Shown here: positions 17,781 to 27,766 of the stretch, piece by piece
Layout: every line of letters starts with the position of its first letter
How positions within the stretch are numbered: position 1 is the stretch's first letter
Virus record (IMG/VR): IMGVR_UViG_3300030419_003648
Coordinates: 35,883-99,882 of that record
DNA length: 64,000 nt
DNA from: a virus
Reading direction: 5' to 3' (one strand)
Notes under the pieces: generated by a model
Seen by the model: only the letters and a program-made list of their open reading frames with translations
Database searches by the model: none
What the model was told of the DNA's origin: nothing
Position numbers and translations under genes: made by a program

Positions 17781-18586
17781 CTCAAGCATCCGATATAGCT
17801 TCATTTGAGCAAGGACAAGTCGAAGAAGAAAAGCAGGTACTACACACGACCTGTAAAAACTGCGTCTTTTCAGTTGTAGAAGGCAAAACTCAAACTGGAT
17901 GCAAATTGAAAAGGATAGAAGCCTACAAAAAGCTAGGCACTACTGTAATCGAAGCAGAAGATTTAGAAGAAAATGAATTTTTTGTTATCGAGTCTTGGTG
18001 TAATGGTTACAGAGAGAAAGAATGGCTCCTCACTATTCCAGAAGATACAGACGATTTAGAGGCTGTGAGAAAAGAGATCCTTCCAAGACTTGGATTTTTT
18101 GTTTTAGTAAATGAAGAAAATTCTGATGTCAAAAAGACGATAGAGTCGGTAATAAAAGCAAAAGCAAGCTACGTAGTCGTCGTTAATAATAGCAAAAAGG
18201 ACTATGTTGACCTGATTGAAGAATGTCAAAGCTACGTAGAAAATTGTGATTTGACGCTTAAAGTCATGAATCTAATTGAAGAAGTCAATGAATACGAAGC
18301 TATAGACGAAGCCTTTGGTAATGCCCAAAGCGGTTATTACTCAGTGATTGTTTCTGGCGAAGAAGCTAGAGAAGATATTTTGGAACGACTAGATGTAGCC
18401 ATCAACGAAAATCTAACTCGTGTTGGATATGTAAAACCATACGATGGCGTGAATGGAATGACTGTTCTTTCGCTAATGCACAAACATTTAAACGGGAACG
18501 TAAATGGCTTCTTAGAAGAAAAAGTCATAGGAGCTGCAAAAATGGACAATTCGTCTAACCTTGTACAAAGCTGGGAAACCATCTAA
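17777..18586 (+). CDS. hypothetical protein (N-terminal Cys cluster, GT-A-like C-terminus)
   Basis: CKNC..GC...WC at the N-terminus; weak GT2-like pattern downstream. Confidence 0.5.
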   Translation: MTQASDIASFEQGQVEEEKQVLHTTCKNCVFSVVEGKTQTGCKLKRIEAYKKLGTTVIEAEDLEENEFFVIESWCNGYREKEWLLTIPEDTDDLEAVRKEILPRLGFFVLVNEENSDVKKTIESVIKAKASYVVVVNNSKKDYVDLIEECQSYVENCDLTLKVMNLIEEVNEYEAIDEAFGNAQSGYYSVIVSGEEAREDILERLDVAINENLTRVGYVKPYDGVNGMTVLSLMHKHLNGNVNGFLEEKVIGAAKMDNSSNLVQSWETI

Positions 18587-19350
18587 TGCTGCCAAAAGTC
18601 ACTATTCTTATAGCGAACTATAACGACGAAGAATATATAGACAATGCAATAGAAAGTGCGGTTAATCAAGATTATCCGGGTTCTATGACTGTATGTATAG
18701 TGGATGATGGATCAAAAGATGATTCTTGGGAAATCATAAGCTCTTATTTTGATGACAAAGATGGTGATGTTCTTACAAAAAATAACTCTGGAAGATTTGG
18801 ACAGACAAATCTTGTAGCTATAAAAAATGTAAATTCTGGCCCAAGCGAAGCAAGAAATGTAGGGATTGAATATACTTTAGAAGACACTGATATATATGCA
18901 ATACTAGATTCTGATGATGAAATGTACGAAAACAAAATCAGCTCTTGTGTTACTGTATTTGAGCAGGGTAATGGTCTAGTAGGTGTCGTGTATGGAGATT
19001 ATGACACGTTACATGTTGAATCAGGAAAGATTATAAGAGAATTTAAAGAGCCTTACAGTAGAAAAAGGTTGGTACAAGAGTGCATTGTTCATAGCGGGTC
19101 TCTCATTTCTAAAGAAGCTTTGTTGTCAGTAAAAGAAGAAACTGGATTTTATGACAAAACAATGAGAACCTGCGAAGACTATGATCTTTGGATGAGAATA
19201 AGCGAAAAATATATAATTGCTCACGTACCTAAATCTTTAACAAAAGTAAGAGTAACTGGTGATAACTCTTCTTTTATTGTTAACCAAGACATTTGGCAAA
19301 AAAACTGGTTAAGAGTAATGGAAAAAATGCAACAAAGAATAAATGAGTAG
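18586..19350 (+). CDS. GT2 glycosyltransferase
   Basis: VTILIANYN, VDDGSKD, GPSEARNVG, LDSDD, EDYDLWMR. Confidence 0.92.
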   Translation: MLPKVTILIANYNDEEYIDNAIESAVNQDYPGSMTVCIVDDGSKDDSWEIISSYFDDKDGDVLTKNNSGRFGQTNLVAIKNVNSGPSEARNVGIEYTLEDTDIYAILDSDDEMYENKISSCVTVFEQGNGLVGVVYGDYDTLHVESGKIIREFKEPYSRKRLVQECIVHSGSLISKEALLSVKEETGFYDKTMRTCEDYDLWMRISEKYIIAHVPKSLTKVRVTGDNSSFIVNQDIWQKNWLRVMEKMQQRINE

Positions 19351-20047
19351 ATTTACCTCCGCCATAAAGAAAAATGGTGCTGGTCAATACAACGGTGAAA
19401 AACTAAGTATTGTAATACCAGCGGCAGGAATGGGTCACAGGATGAAATCCTATGGCCCTAAATGCTTATTGGCGGCAAATAGTAGAGACACTATTCTTCA
19501 GAAGATAATAAAGAACGCAAAAAGAGAATATCCAAACTCAGACATAGTAGTAGTGACTGGGTTTGAATCAGAAAAAGTTATAAAGTCACTTCCACAAGAA
19601 ATAAGAATTGTAGAAAACTCAAACTACGAAACAACTAACACCGTAGAAAGCCTAAGAATAGGAATTAACGCCTGCGCGACAAGAAATGTCCTAATCATAT
19701 ACGGCGATCTTATCTTTAATACATATTCTATACGCGACTTAACAAACGATGGTTCATCCATAGTTTATGATAAAAAGCAACAATTCAAGAGCGATGAAAT
19801 TGGCGTAACAATAGTAGATAATTGTGCAACCAGATTTGCTTACGGTTTAGAAAACAAATGGTCTCAAATAGCTTTTTTTGAAGGCGAAGACTTTGACTTA
19901 TTAAAACAATTTTGTTCTGACAAAAGAAAAAGTAAACTTTATCCATTTGAAATATTTAATTACATGATCAACAAGGGTTGCAGCATAAAAGCCATAGCAC
20001 CAAAAGGGATGATCATAAGAGAAATAGATTCTTTAAAGGATTTATAA
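19343..20047 (+). CDS. LicC/MobA-like nucleotidyltransferase
   Basis: IPAAGMGHRM..GPKCLL, VVVTGF, YGDLIF, EIDS..DL. Confidence 0.82.
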   Translation: MSRFTSAIKKNGAGQYNGEKLSIVIPAAGMGHRMKSYGPKCLLAANSRDTILQKIIKNAKREYPNSDIVVVTGFESEKVIKSLPQEIRIVENSNYETTNTVESLRIGINACATRNVLIIYGDLIFNTYSIRDLTNDGSSIVYDKKQQFKSDEIGVTIVDNCATRFAYGLENKWSQIAFFEGEDFDLLKQFCSDKRKSKLYPFEIFNYMINKGCSIKAIAPKGMIIREIDSLKDL

Positions 20048-20196
20048 TGGGAAACTATTGGGGCTGGATTAAAAATAACTACAAGTGGTATGCTTGGAAG
20101 TATGTAAAAAATAAGGTCAAAGTTAAACTTGGACCATTTTATACTATAGAAGAAGCTCAAGAAGCGGCAGAAAAATATGAAGATTCTAATAAGTAG
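20047..20196 (+). CDS. 49 aa AP2-domain-like protein
   Basis: KWYAW..V..K...LGPFYTIEEAQEA resembles the AP2 motif KW.A....GK..LG.F.T.EEA; TAATG overlap and AAGGA Shine-Dalgarno. Confidence 0.55.
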   Translation: MGNYWGWIKNNYKWYAWKYVKNKVKVKLGPFYTIEEAQEAAEKYEDSNK

Positions 20197-21223
20197 CGAT
20201 GGACCTCATGCTCATTATTATATAAGAATGGCTTGGGCTAGAGTTTTTAGTTCAATGGGTCATGACGTTGAATTATGGAGCAAGGATAGCATCCCAGCAT
20301 ATGATGTTTTTGATGAATATGAACCAGACATATTCATGGGACAGACCTACAACATCACTGAACCTTTAATTAATTGTATTAAAGAAAGACCTCATATGAA
20401 GGTTGTGATGAGAGGTTCTGACTGGGGAGACTTCCAAAAAAATATTAACACGCAAGAGTATCCTATTTTAGTCGCTTCGGAAGAAGAGAAGAAAATGATG
20501 GAACGGCTTAAGGAAGAAACGGGAAAGCCTGACTTCATACATAATCATTACACTCAAAACTGGATTGATGTAACTCATAACAAATGGAAAGATATAGGAA
20601 TACGTCCAGTATCATTAATACATGCTGGCGATATATTTGAGTACAGTCTACAGCCAAAATCTAACTTGTTTAGCTGTGACGTTGGTTTTGTTGGTGGTTA
20701 TTGGCCTTATAAAGCAAAGAGTTTAGACAAGTTTTTAATTCCTCTTTGTCACCCTGTAGGAAAATACAAGGTAAAGATTTTTGGAAATTCCGATTGGCCT
20801 GTAGTCCAATATCTAGGAACAATAAAATCTAAAAATGTTTCTTCGTTTTTTCAGTCTGCAACTGTATGCCCAAACGTCAGTGAACCTCATTCTCAGGACT
20901 TTGGTTATGATATTATCGAGCGTCCTTTCAAAATTCTCATGTCGGGAGGTTTTTGCATATCAGATTATGTAGAGTCTATGGCAAATGATGTTTTTACAAA
21001 CGAGGAAATTATCTTCGCAAAAACACCAGAAGAGTTTGAGACTCTAATTGAATATTATGTTAATAATCCTGACGAGAGAATGAAACATATAGAAGCAGGC
21101 TATAATTCTGTCATGTCTAAACACACCTACTACCATAGGATGGCAAAAATGTTTGAAGAATTAGAAATGCCAGAAGAAGCTGAGAAGTGCATGGAAACTC
21201 TCAAGAATTACGTTGGAGAATAA
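20177..21223 (+). CDS. CgeB/DUF3880-like GT-B glycosyltransferase
   Basis: DVGFVGG, ERPFKI..GGF.ISD, YY..NPDER...G...V...HTY.HR. Confidence 0.8.
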   Translation: MKILISSDGPHAHYYIRMAWARVFSSMGHDVELWSKDSIPAYDVFDEYEPDIFMGQTYNITEPLINCIKERPHMKVVMRGSDWGDFQKNINTQEYPILVASEEEKKMMERLKEETGKPDFIHNHYTQNWIDVTHNKWKDIGIRPVSLIHAGDIFEYSLQPKSNLFSCDVGFVGGYWPYKAKSLDKFLIPLCHPVGKYKVKIFGNSDWPVVQYLGTIKSKNVSSFFQSATVCPNVSEPHSQDFGYDIIERPFKILMSGGFCISDYVESMANDVFTNEEIIFAKTPEEFETLIEYYVNNPDERMKHIEAGYNSVMSKHTYYHRMAKMFEELEMPEEAEKCMETLKNYVGE

Positions 21224-21224
21224 T

Positions 21225-22157
21225 ATGACAGTTTTAGTAACTGGAGCTAGTGGGTTTGTTGGTAGAAATCTAATTCAAAAACTTAGGTCTCAGAAGTCTC
21301 TTTTTGGAGATATTATTTCTGTAACGAGGAGTAACTTTGTTTCACCTTTTGTTACTAAAAGCTACAGTATTGACTTAGGCTACTCTGACGTAACTAAGCC
21401 TACTTTCTACGATTTCAAAAAAATATTAGACAGACATAAGCCTGACGTTATCTTTCACCTAGCAAGCAAAGCTACAGTGAAGATGGAAGGCGACGAAGCT
21501 TTTCAGATACTGCAAGATAATGTATTAAGCACACAGAAGATTTGCGAATGGGCGCCTTTAGGCGCTAAAGTTGTGTTAGCATCCTCAGTGATTGTCTATG
21601 GAGACTGGATGTTTAACACAGAAAACCCTTCTGCATACACCGAATTAGATAGAACAGAACCAACTTCTATATACGGTATGACTAAGAGAGCTTCTGAAAG
21701 TATATTAAGGTACTACACCAGTACGGGACAAATAGATGGCGTTTCGGCTCGTATGTGTGCTACTGTTGGGCGTGGGTTAACACACGGTGTTGTTTATGAT
21801 TTTATTCGTAAAATTCAAAACAACCCTACGTTGCAAGCTATTGGAAGCAAGCCGGGTTCGAGAAAACCTTATTGCTATATAGATGACTTAACAAGTGCTT
21901 TGGTATTGCTAGGTCTTTCAAAGCAAACAGGCGAATTTAATGTTACTCCAGACGACACAGCTAGCATAGAAGATGTAGCCTATGCTGTTATGGAAGGTCT
22001 AGGTGTCGAAAAACCTTTAGAATGGCTAGGGGATGGAGCCAACTGGAAAGGCGACAATAAACTAATAACTGCAAGTAATCAAAAACTAAAAGATCTTGGA
22101 TGGGAGCCTAAATACAGTTCTCGACAAGCAATCGTTGAAGCTGTAAAAAACAGGTAG
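21225..22157 (+). CDS. NAD-dependent epimerase/dehydratase (extended SDR)
   Basis: VTGASGFVG, FHLA, ASS..VYG, YGMTK. Confidence 0.9.
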   Translation: MTVLVTGASGFVGRNLIQKLRSQKSLFGDIISVTRSNFVSPFVTKSYSIDLGYSDVTKPTFYDFKKILDRHKPDVIFHLASKATVKMEGDEAFQILQDNVLSTQKICEWAPLGAKVVLASSVIVYGDWMFNTENPSAYTELDRTEPTSIYGMTKRASESILRYYTSTGQIDGVSARMCATVGRGLTHGVVYDFIRKIQNNPTLQAIGSKPGSRKPYCYIDDLTSALVLLGLSKQTGEFNVTPDDTASIEDVAYAVMEGLGVEKPLEWLGDGANWKGDNKLITASNQKLKDLGWEPKYSSRQAIVEAVKNR

Positions 22158-22159
22158 CT

Positions 22160-23173
22160 ATGAAAATTCTTTACAACCCATTAATGCCATCGGATATTAA
22201 CCAAGCAGACATGGTGTCTGACTACCAAGCAGACATGGTCTTTCACGGTTTGGTTAAAAGGCTTGGAAAAGATGTTCACACGTTCTTTGACATGTGGTGG
22301 CATCAAAAGAAAATAAAAGAAGACAGACCCAACCTATTTAGCAAGATATGGGGTAAAGGGTTCACAATGTATGGTCTTCTAGATGAACAAGACTATACCG
22401 TACTAGACAGAAACGAGCATGTAGGCGAATACGATGCAGTCGTTGTTCCTATTCATCACACAATGACCAGACAAGACGGGCATTTGAAATCAATCATAGA
22501 CTTCTTTGTAGACCGAGGTTATGGAAGAAATAGAATAATCGTGGTTGATGGATGGGATAGAGACTACATATGTGAAGACGCAGCGAATAAGTGTACATAC
22601 TATAAAAGAGAAATGCTCGACTCACAAGAAGAAATAGCAAACCCTATATCTTTTGCATTTCCCGAAGAAAAAATAAGAGAGCTAGATGACTCAAACAGGT
22701 CAGTTCCTTTTGCCCCGTTAGTTCCGGTTAATCAGTCTATTGACCCTTCTTACATGTCTACGTATATATACGAAGAAGAAGAAAGTTATTACGACATGTA
22801 TCAAACAGCTTATTTCTCATACACATCAAAAAAGGGTGGATGGGATACTCTTAGGCATTATGAGATAATCGCAAACGGTTCAATTCCATTCTTTGTAGAT
22901 ATTGAAAATTGCCCAAAGAATACATTGTGGAATTTACCTAAAGAAAAACTAATAGAAGCTAAAAACACGCTAGGTGGAATACCAAACCTAAAAGAAGGCG
23001 AATGGACAAATGAGCCTTTACCACATTGTGGAGTGATAGAAAAAGAAAACCCCGGAAAGCTAGAAAACTTTAACCTTGAAAAATGGATCGAATATAGAAA
23101 ATTTTTCTATGACTGGTTAAAAGAAAAAAATACAACTACGGCGCTAGCAGATTACATATTAGGAAGAATATGA
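22160..23173 (+). CDS. putative glycosyltransferase
   Basis: DGWD, YYKRE, KKGGWDTLRHYEIIANG (GT-B-like donor-binding segment); lies within the glycan cluster. Confidence 0.55.
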   Translation: MKILYNPLMPSDINQADMVSDYQADMVFHGLVKRLGKDVHTFFDMWWHQKKIKEDRPNLFSKIWGKGFTMYGLLDEQDYTVLDRNEHVGEYDAVVVPIHHTMTRQDGHLKSIIDFFVDRGYGRNRIIVVDGWDRDYICEDAANKCTYYKREMLDSQEEIANPISFAFPEEKIRELDDSNRSVPFAPLVPVNQSIDPSYMSTYIYEEEESYYDMYQTAYFSYTSKKGGWDTLRHYEIIANGSIPFFVDIENCPKNTLWNLPKEKLIEAKNTLGGIPNLKEGEWTNEPLPHCGVIEKENPGKLENFNLEKWIEYRKFFYDWLKEKNTTTALADYILGRI

Positions 23174-23886
23174 TGTTTGGAGTTAAGAAAGCTTATTGTT
23201 TATGTTTAGACAAACGAGAAGAACACTGGCTTGATTTGAAGAAACAAGTTGAATCAAAAGGTTTAGAATTCAACAGGTTTTTAGTCGGCTCAGGTGAAAT
23301 CTTTCCAAAAGAAGAATATTCCCATATAGATGAAGACAACCCTGTCGTTGATATGTGGGGTTATGGAGGTCATCAAACAGACGCAGATGAAACCGTAACA
23401 AAGAAAAAGCAAAATCATTACAAGGCATTTTTGTCCCATCAAGCGATGGCTAGAAAAGCTTTGGAAGATGGCGATGAAAAGGTTTTGTTTTTAGAGGATG
23501 ATGCTTATTTTACCGACAGGTTTGACGAGGTTGTATCCAAAGCCGAAGAACACATTGGTGAAATAGAATATGATATGCTCTATTTAGGCTGGTGGATTGG
23601 CGATGAGGGAGACGAATTAAATGAGCAAATAGAAGGTATTTGGCGTGACACTAAACGTATAGGAATATCGAGAGTCAAAAGGGTTGGCGGTCTACACGGA
23701 GTAATACTTAGTAGAGATATTCTTGATGTAATCACTAGACTAGATCCTGTTGATCCTATAGATGCTCAGTTTAACAAGTATTTTCATCACTATGTGAAGT
23801 CTTATTTTATAGCTCCTAAAATTATCCACGATAAGGGCATATACAGTGAGTGTGAACTAAACGTAGTAGAAAGAACCAAGCTGTAA
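23170..23886 (+). CDS. GT25-like glycosyltransferase
   Basis: YCLCLDKREE, FLSH, LFLEDDA, DMLYLG, PID. Confidence 0.78.
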   Translation: MMFGVKKAYCLCLDKREEHWLDLKKQVESKGLEFNRFLVGSGEIFPKEEYSHIDEDNPVVDMWGYGGHQTDADETVTKKKQNHYKAFLSHQAMARKALEDGDEKVLFLEDDAYFTDRFDEVVSKAEEHIGEIEYDMLYLGWWIGDEGDELNEQIEGIWRDTKRIGISRVKRVGGLHGVILSRDILDVITRLDPVDPIDAQFNKYFHHYVKSYFIAPKIIHDKGIYSECELNVVERTKL

Positions 23887-25256
23887 TGATTAAATTAGTT
23901 GTTTTTGATTTAGACGGCGTTTTAGTAGAAGCAAGAGATATTCACTATGAAGCTTTGAACTTAGCTTTGGCTGAGGTAGGCGAACAGTATGTCATTGGAC
24001 GAGCAGAACATTTGTCATCTTACGATGGTCTATCAACAACTAAAAAGCTCAAAAAACTAACTGTAGAAAAAGGTCTTCCTGAGCATTTTCATAATCAAAT
24101 ATGGGAAGGCAAACAAAAACACACGCATAATGTTATATCAAACACCGTAAAACCAAACTGGTCTATAGCATCAGCTTTAAAAAGACTAAAGCATGAGGGT
24201 TATACCATTTATTGCGCTTCTAACTCTATTAGATCTAGCGTAAAGCTTATGCTCTTAAAAGCTCACTATATGGAATATATAGACGAGTATTTTTCCAATC
24301 AAGACGTTGAGAATCCAAAGCCTCATTCTGAAATTTATTTAAAATGTATGGTGAAGGCTGGGGTCAATCCTGATGAGTGTCTAATAGTTGAAGATTCTCA
24401 TATAGGACGAAAAGCTGCGGTTAAATCTGGAGCGCATGTTTTAGGCGTGGCAGGTTTACAAGACGTAAATATCAAAAACATATTATCTGCTGTAGAAAGA
24501 GCAGACGATAAAAGCAAAGACGTAAATCCAAAATGGCAAGGTGGAAAGATGAAAGTTTTAATACCAATGGCTGGTGCTGGATCGAGATTTGAAAAGGCTG
24601 GATACACATTTCCAAAGCCTTTAATTGAGGTCAATGGAAAGCCAATGATACAACTGGTAGTTGAAAATTTAAACATTGATGCTGAGCATATTTTCATCGT
24701 GCAAAAAGAACACTATGAAAGATACAATCTTCAGTATTTATTAAATTTAATATCGCCAAACTGCAAAATAGTTCAGGTTGATGGAGTTACCGAAGGTGCA
24801 GCATGTACAACTCTATTAGCAAAAGAGTATATAAATAATGATGAGCCTTTACTGACAGCAAACTCAGACCAGTTTATTGAGTGGAATAGCAATGAATTTC
24901 TTTATTCAATGCAAGCTGAAGGCGTTGATGGAGGGATATTGACTTTTGAATCAATGCACCCAAAGTGGAGCTTTGCAAAACTAGACGATAAAGGTTTTGT
25001 TTCTGAAGTAGCCGAAAAGAAACCAATCAGCAACAAAGCTACGGTTGGAGTCTACTACTGGGCAAAGGGAAGTGATTATGTCAAATATGCAGAACAGATG
25101 ATCTATCTTAACAAGAGGGTAAACAATGAGTTTTATGTTTGCCCAGTTTTCAACGAAGCTATTGAAGACAAGAAGAAAATAAAGACTTTTGACATAGAAA
25201 AAATGTGGGGTCTTGGCACTCCAGAAGACTTGGAGGTATTTTTAAATGACACTTAA
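23886..25256 (+). CDS. HAD phosphatase / NDP-sugar nucleotidyltransferase fusion
   Basis: N-terminal FDLDGVL, KPHSEIY, VEDS..G; C-terminal IPMAGAGSRF..PKPLI, EKKPIS, GLGTPEDL. Confidence 0.88.
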   Translation: MIKLVVFDLDGVLVEARDIHYEALNLALAEVGEQYVIGRAEHLSSYDGLSTTKKLKKLTVEKGLPEHFHNQIWEGKQKHTHNVISNTVKPNWSIASALKRLKHEGYTIYCASNSIRSSVKLMLLKAHYMEYIDEYFSNQDVENPKPHSEIYLKCMVKAGVNPDECLIVEDSHIGRKAAVKSGAHVLGVAGLQDVNIKNILSAVERADDKSKDVNPKWQGGKMKVLIPMAGAGSRFEKAGYTFPKPLIEVNGKPMIQLVVENLNIDAEHIFIVQKEHYERYNLQYLLNLISPNCKIVQVDGVTEGAACTTLLAKEYINNDEPLLTANSDQFIEWNSNEFLYSMQAEGVDGGILTFESMHPKWSFAKLDDKGFVSEVAEKKPISNKATVGVYYWAKGSDYVKYAEQMIYLNKRVNNEFYVCPVFNEAIEDKKKIKTFDIEKMWGLGTPEDLEVFLNDT

Positions 25257-25908
25257 AATTTTTATTGGTTGGGACAGTAGAGAAACAGACGCTTACCAAG
25301 TTTGTATTGATTCTCTACAAAAACACTCATCTCAAAAACTTGACATTACACCAATAGTCAAAGATACACTCATTGACACTGGTGAGTATTATAGACCACA
25401 GCCAGAAGCTGGATCTGTTGAGTTTACTTATACTAGATTCTTAACTCCATACTTAGCAGAGTTTAATGATTGGGCTTTGTTCATAGATTGTGACTTTTTG
25501 TTTACTAGAGATGTGGCTGAATTATTTGCTATGGCAGATGATAAATACGCATTAATGTGCGCTAAGCATGATTATATTCCTAAAAATGCAGTAAAGATGG
25601 ATGGTCAAAAACAAGTTTCCTACCCAAGAAAAAATTGGTCTAGCTGTATATTGTGGAACTGTGGACATCCTGCAAATGCAATACTAAATCCAGATGTGGT
25701 TAGTAAGGAGTCTGGAGCGTTTTTGCATAGATTTTATTGGCTACCAGATGAATTAATTGGAAGTATTCCTATTGAATGGAATTGGCTAGAAGGAGAATAC
25801 GACAAGCCTGATGTTCCTCCTGCGGCAATTCACTTTACAAATGGAGGCCCTTGGTTTGATGAGTGGCAAGACGTAGACTATGCTGATTTGTGGAGATCGT
25901 ACCTGTGA
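25246..25908 (+). CDS. GT8-like glycosyltransferase
   Basis: IFIGWDSRE, EFTYTRF, DCD motif, YPRKNWSS, WNWL, HFTNGGPW. Confidence 0.82.
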   Translation: MTLKIFIGWDSRETDAYQVCIDSLQKHSSQKLDITPIVKDTLIDTGEYYRPQPEAGSVEFTYTRFLTPYLAEFNDWALFIDCDFLFTRDVAELFAMADDKYALMCAKHDYIPKNAVKMDGQKQVSYPRKNWSSCILWNCGHPANAILNPDVVSKESGAFLHRFYWLPDELIGSIPIEWNWLEGEYDKPDVPPAAIHFTNGGPWFDEWQDVDYADLWRSYL

Positions 25909-26831
25909 GCATTAATGTTTACAACATTAAACGCAACAGAAAAATATACTCAACAATGTGCGATGCCTTTGTAAAAGGTCTTAAAAAACATAACGTCGCG
26001 TACAAATACTACGATAAATTACGCACTCCTAAAAGCTGCGACTTAGCCGTATGTTTTACAAATGCACCTTCAACAAAAAAAATAATAGAGAAGCAATATG
26101 AAGATAGAAATAAATACCTTAGATTAGACAGAGGTCGCTTTCGTCTAAATGGAATAACAAATATTAAAAACAGAAATGACCTAGAGTTTATATATTGCAA
26201 CCTATTTGACAAAGATTACATTTCAAATTACTACATAAAAAACAAGCCTAACGATAGGCTTATCAAGTTTAATAATTTTGGCATACAAATAAGGCCGTTT
26301 AAAACAAAAGGATGCGTTTTAATACCAGAACAAGTACGCCCTGAAGGTGGATACAATAAGCCAGAAAAACTAAGAGGTCACAAATTTGATAGCTGGATAG
26401 AATGGTCAAAAAACATTTGTAATTTAATAAAGTCTAAAACCGATTTACAAGTAAGAATTAGAAGACATCCCAATAGAAATTTTTGGAAAGATTTTAATGA
26501 CCATGTAGAAGAAGTTTTCAACGACATAGAATTTAGCTATGGAGAAAAAGTAGATCTTAAACAAGATCTAAAAGATGTTTCAAGGCTTATAACCATCAGC
26601 TCTAAATGTTCAATCGAAGCATTTTTTAATGGTGTAAACATTTTTGTGGAAGACAAGAGTTCAGTTGTTAAAGACGTTTCAAATAAAATGAATAATTTAG
26701 AATCCCCTATAAAATTTAATAGACAGCAATGGCTTCAAGATATGTCTTACACTCATTGGACTATTGATGAAATTTCTAATGGTGACTATTGGCAATACTA
26801 CAAAACGTTTTTAGAAAGAGATGAGGCATGA
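25905..26831 (+). CDS. capsule-biosynthesis-like (KpsC/KpsS-type) GT-B protein
   Basis: IRRHP, SKCSIEAFFNG, C-terminal R.QW...Y..W...E...G; GTGA overlap. Confidence 0.55.
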   Translation: MSINVYNIKRNRKIYSTMCDAFVKGLKKHNVAYKYYDKLRTPKSCDLAVCFTNAPSTKKIIEKQYEDRNKYLRLDRGRFRLNGITNIKNRNDLEFIYCNLFDKDYISNYYIKNKPNDRLIKFNNFGIQIRPFKTKGCVLIPEQVRPEGGYNKPEKLRGHKFDSWIEWSKNICNLIKSKTDLQVRIRRHPNRNFWKDFNDHVEEVFNDIEFSYGEKVDLKQDLKDVSRLITISSKCSIEAFFNGVNIFVEDKSSVVKDVSNKMNNLESPIKFNRQQWLQDMSYTHWTIDEISNGDYWQYYKTFLERDEA

Positions 26832-27766
26832 AAATTGCAATCTGTATATCAGGATCTTTGAGGCAGTTTGTTACATGCTATGCCAACCTGCAAGAAAATA
26901 TACTCAATAGCTTAGACGAAAACGGAGTTGAATATGATTTCTTTTTAAGCACTTGGAAAGATGAATATGGTTATGAAAAAATTAATTTTGAAGACGAAGA
27001 AACATTTGAATATGCCCTGAATTTGTATAAACCAAAAAAATATAACTATGAAATTTACAGTAATGAAAAGAGGAAAAAACTAGCCGAAGAATCAGGGCTA
27101 GCTAAGCATCAAAAAAAATACAAAGATCAAAAGACAAGCAGTTCCTACAAAGAAGCAGTCACGGGAGGAAAATATGCTAATAATTCGGTAGGACAGCTTT
27201 ACAATATATACAAGGCAAACGAAGTCAAAAAAGAATACGAACAAGAAAATAATTTTACATATGACTACGTAATAAGATACAGATTTGACAATATGATCAT
27301 AAATTTAGAAAAGCACCCCAAGATTGCTTTTTTTGATTTTGTAAAAACAATAGAAAAAAACCATTTATATTTTCCTAAAACTAGATGGTATTATCCGCGT
27401 ATAGATTCACGAACGGGTTACAACGATACTGATCACTATGAGGAAATAGAAAATTTGCAAGTAGTGCCTTCTTGTCCAGATGACAAATTCGCTATAGGGC
27501 ATTCTAAAGAAATGGATATACTTTCCTCTATATATCCTAACCTGCCTAGAATAATCGAAGTAGGTATGGAAAAATATAGAGTTTATCCTAGTATTCATTA
27601 CATGATGAAGTTCATGTGCGACGAAAATAAAATCCAAGCAGTTCCATCCCCTTATATCTTCAATATTTACTACAAGTGTGCAGGTCTCCGAGAAGAAGGG
27701 TCAAATAACTCACTGACGCACTTAAGAAAAGTAGAGAAAAAGAAAAAAAAGAAAGGAAAGAAATGA
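26828..27766 (+). CDS. putative glycosyltransferase
   Basis: MKIAICISG..R, FLSTW, YDYVIRYRFD, DDKFAIG pattern seen in polysaccharide-cluster proteins. Confidence 0.55.
   Translation: MKIAICISGSLRQFVTCYANLQENILNSLDENGVEYDFFLSTWKDEYGYEKINFEDEETFEYALNLYKPKKYNYEIYSNEKRKKLAEESGLAKHQKKYKDQKTSSSYKEAVTGGKYANNSVGQLYNIYKANEVKKEYEQENNFTYDYVIRYRFDNMIINLEKHPKIAFFDFVKTIEKNHLYFPKTRWYYPRIDSRTGYNDTDHYEEIENLQVVPSCPDDKFAIGHSKEMDILSSIYPNLPRIIEVGMEKYRVYPSIHYMMKFMCDENKIQAVPSPYIFNIYYKCAGLREEGSNNSLTHLRKVEKKKKKKGKK

Noticed and set aside
19978-20046. ORF-track upstream start extensions (also 2033, 3381, 11047, 25890, 29378, 35355)
   Set aside because: Downstream starts fit stop/start overlaps, Shine-Dalgarno spacing or ATG usage better.
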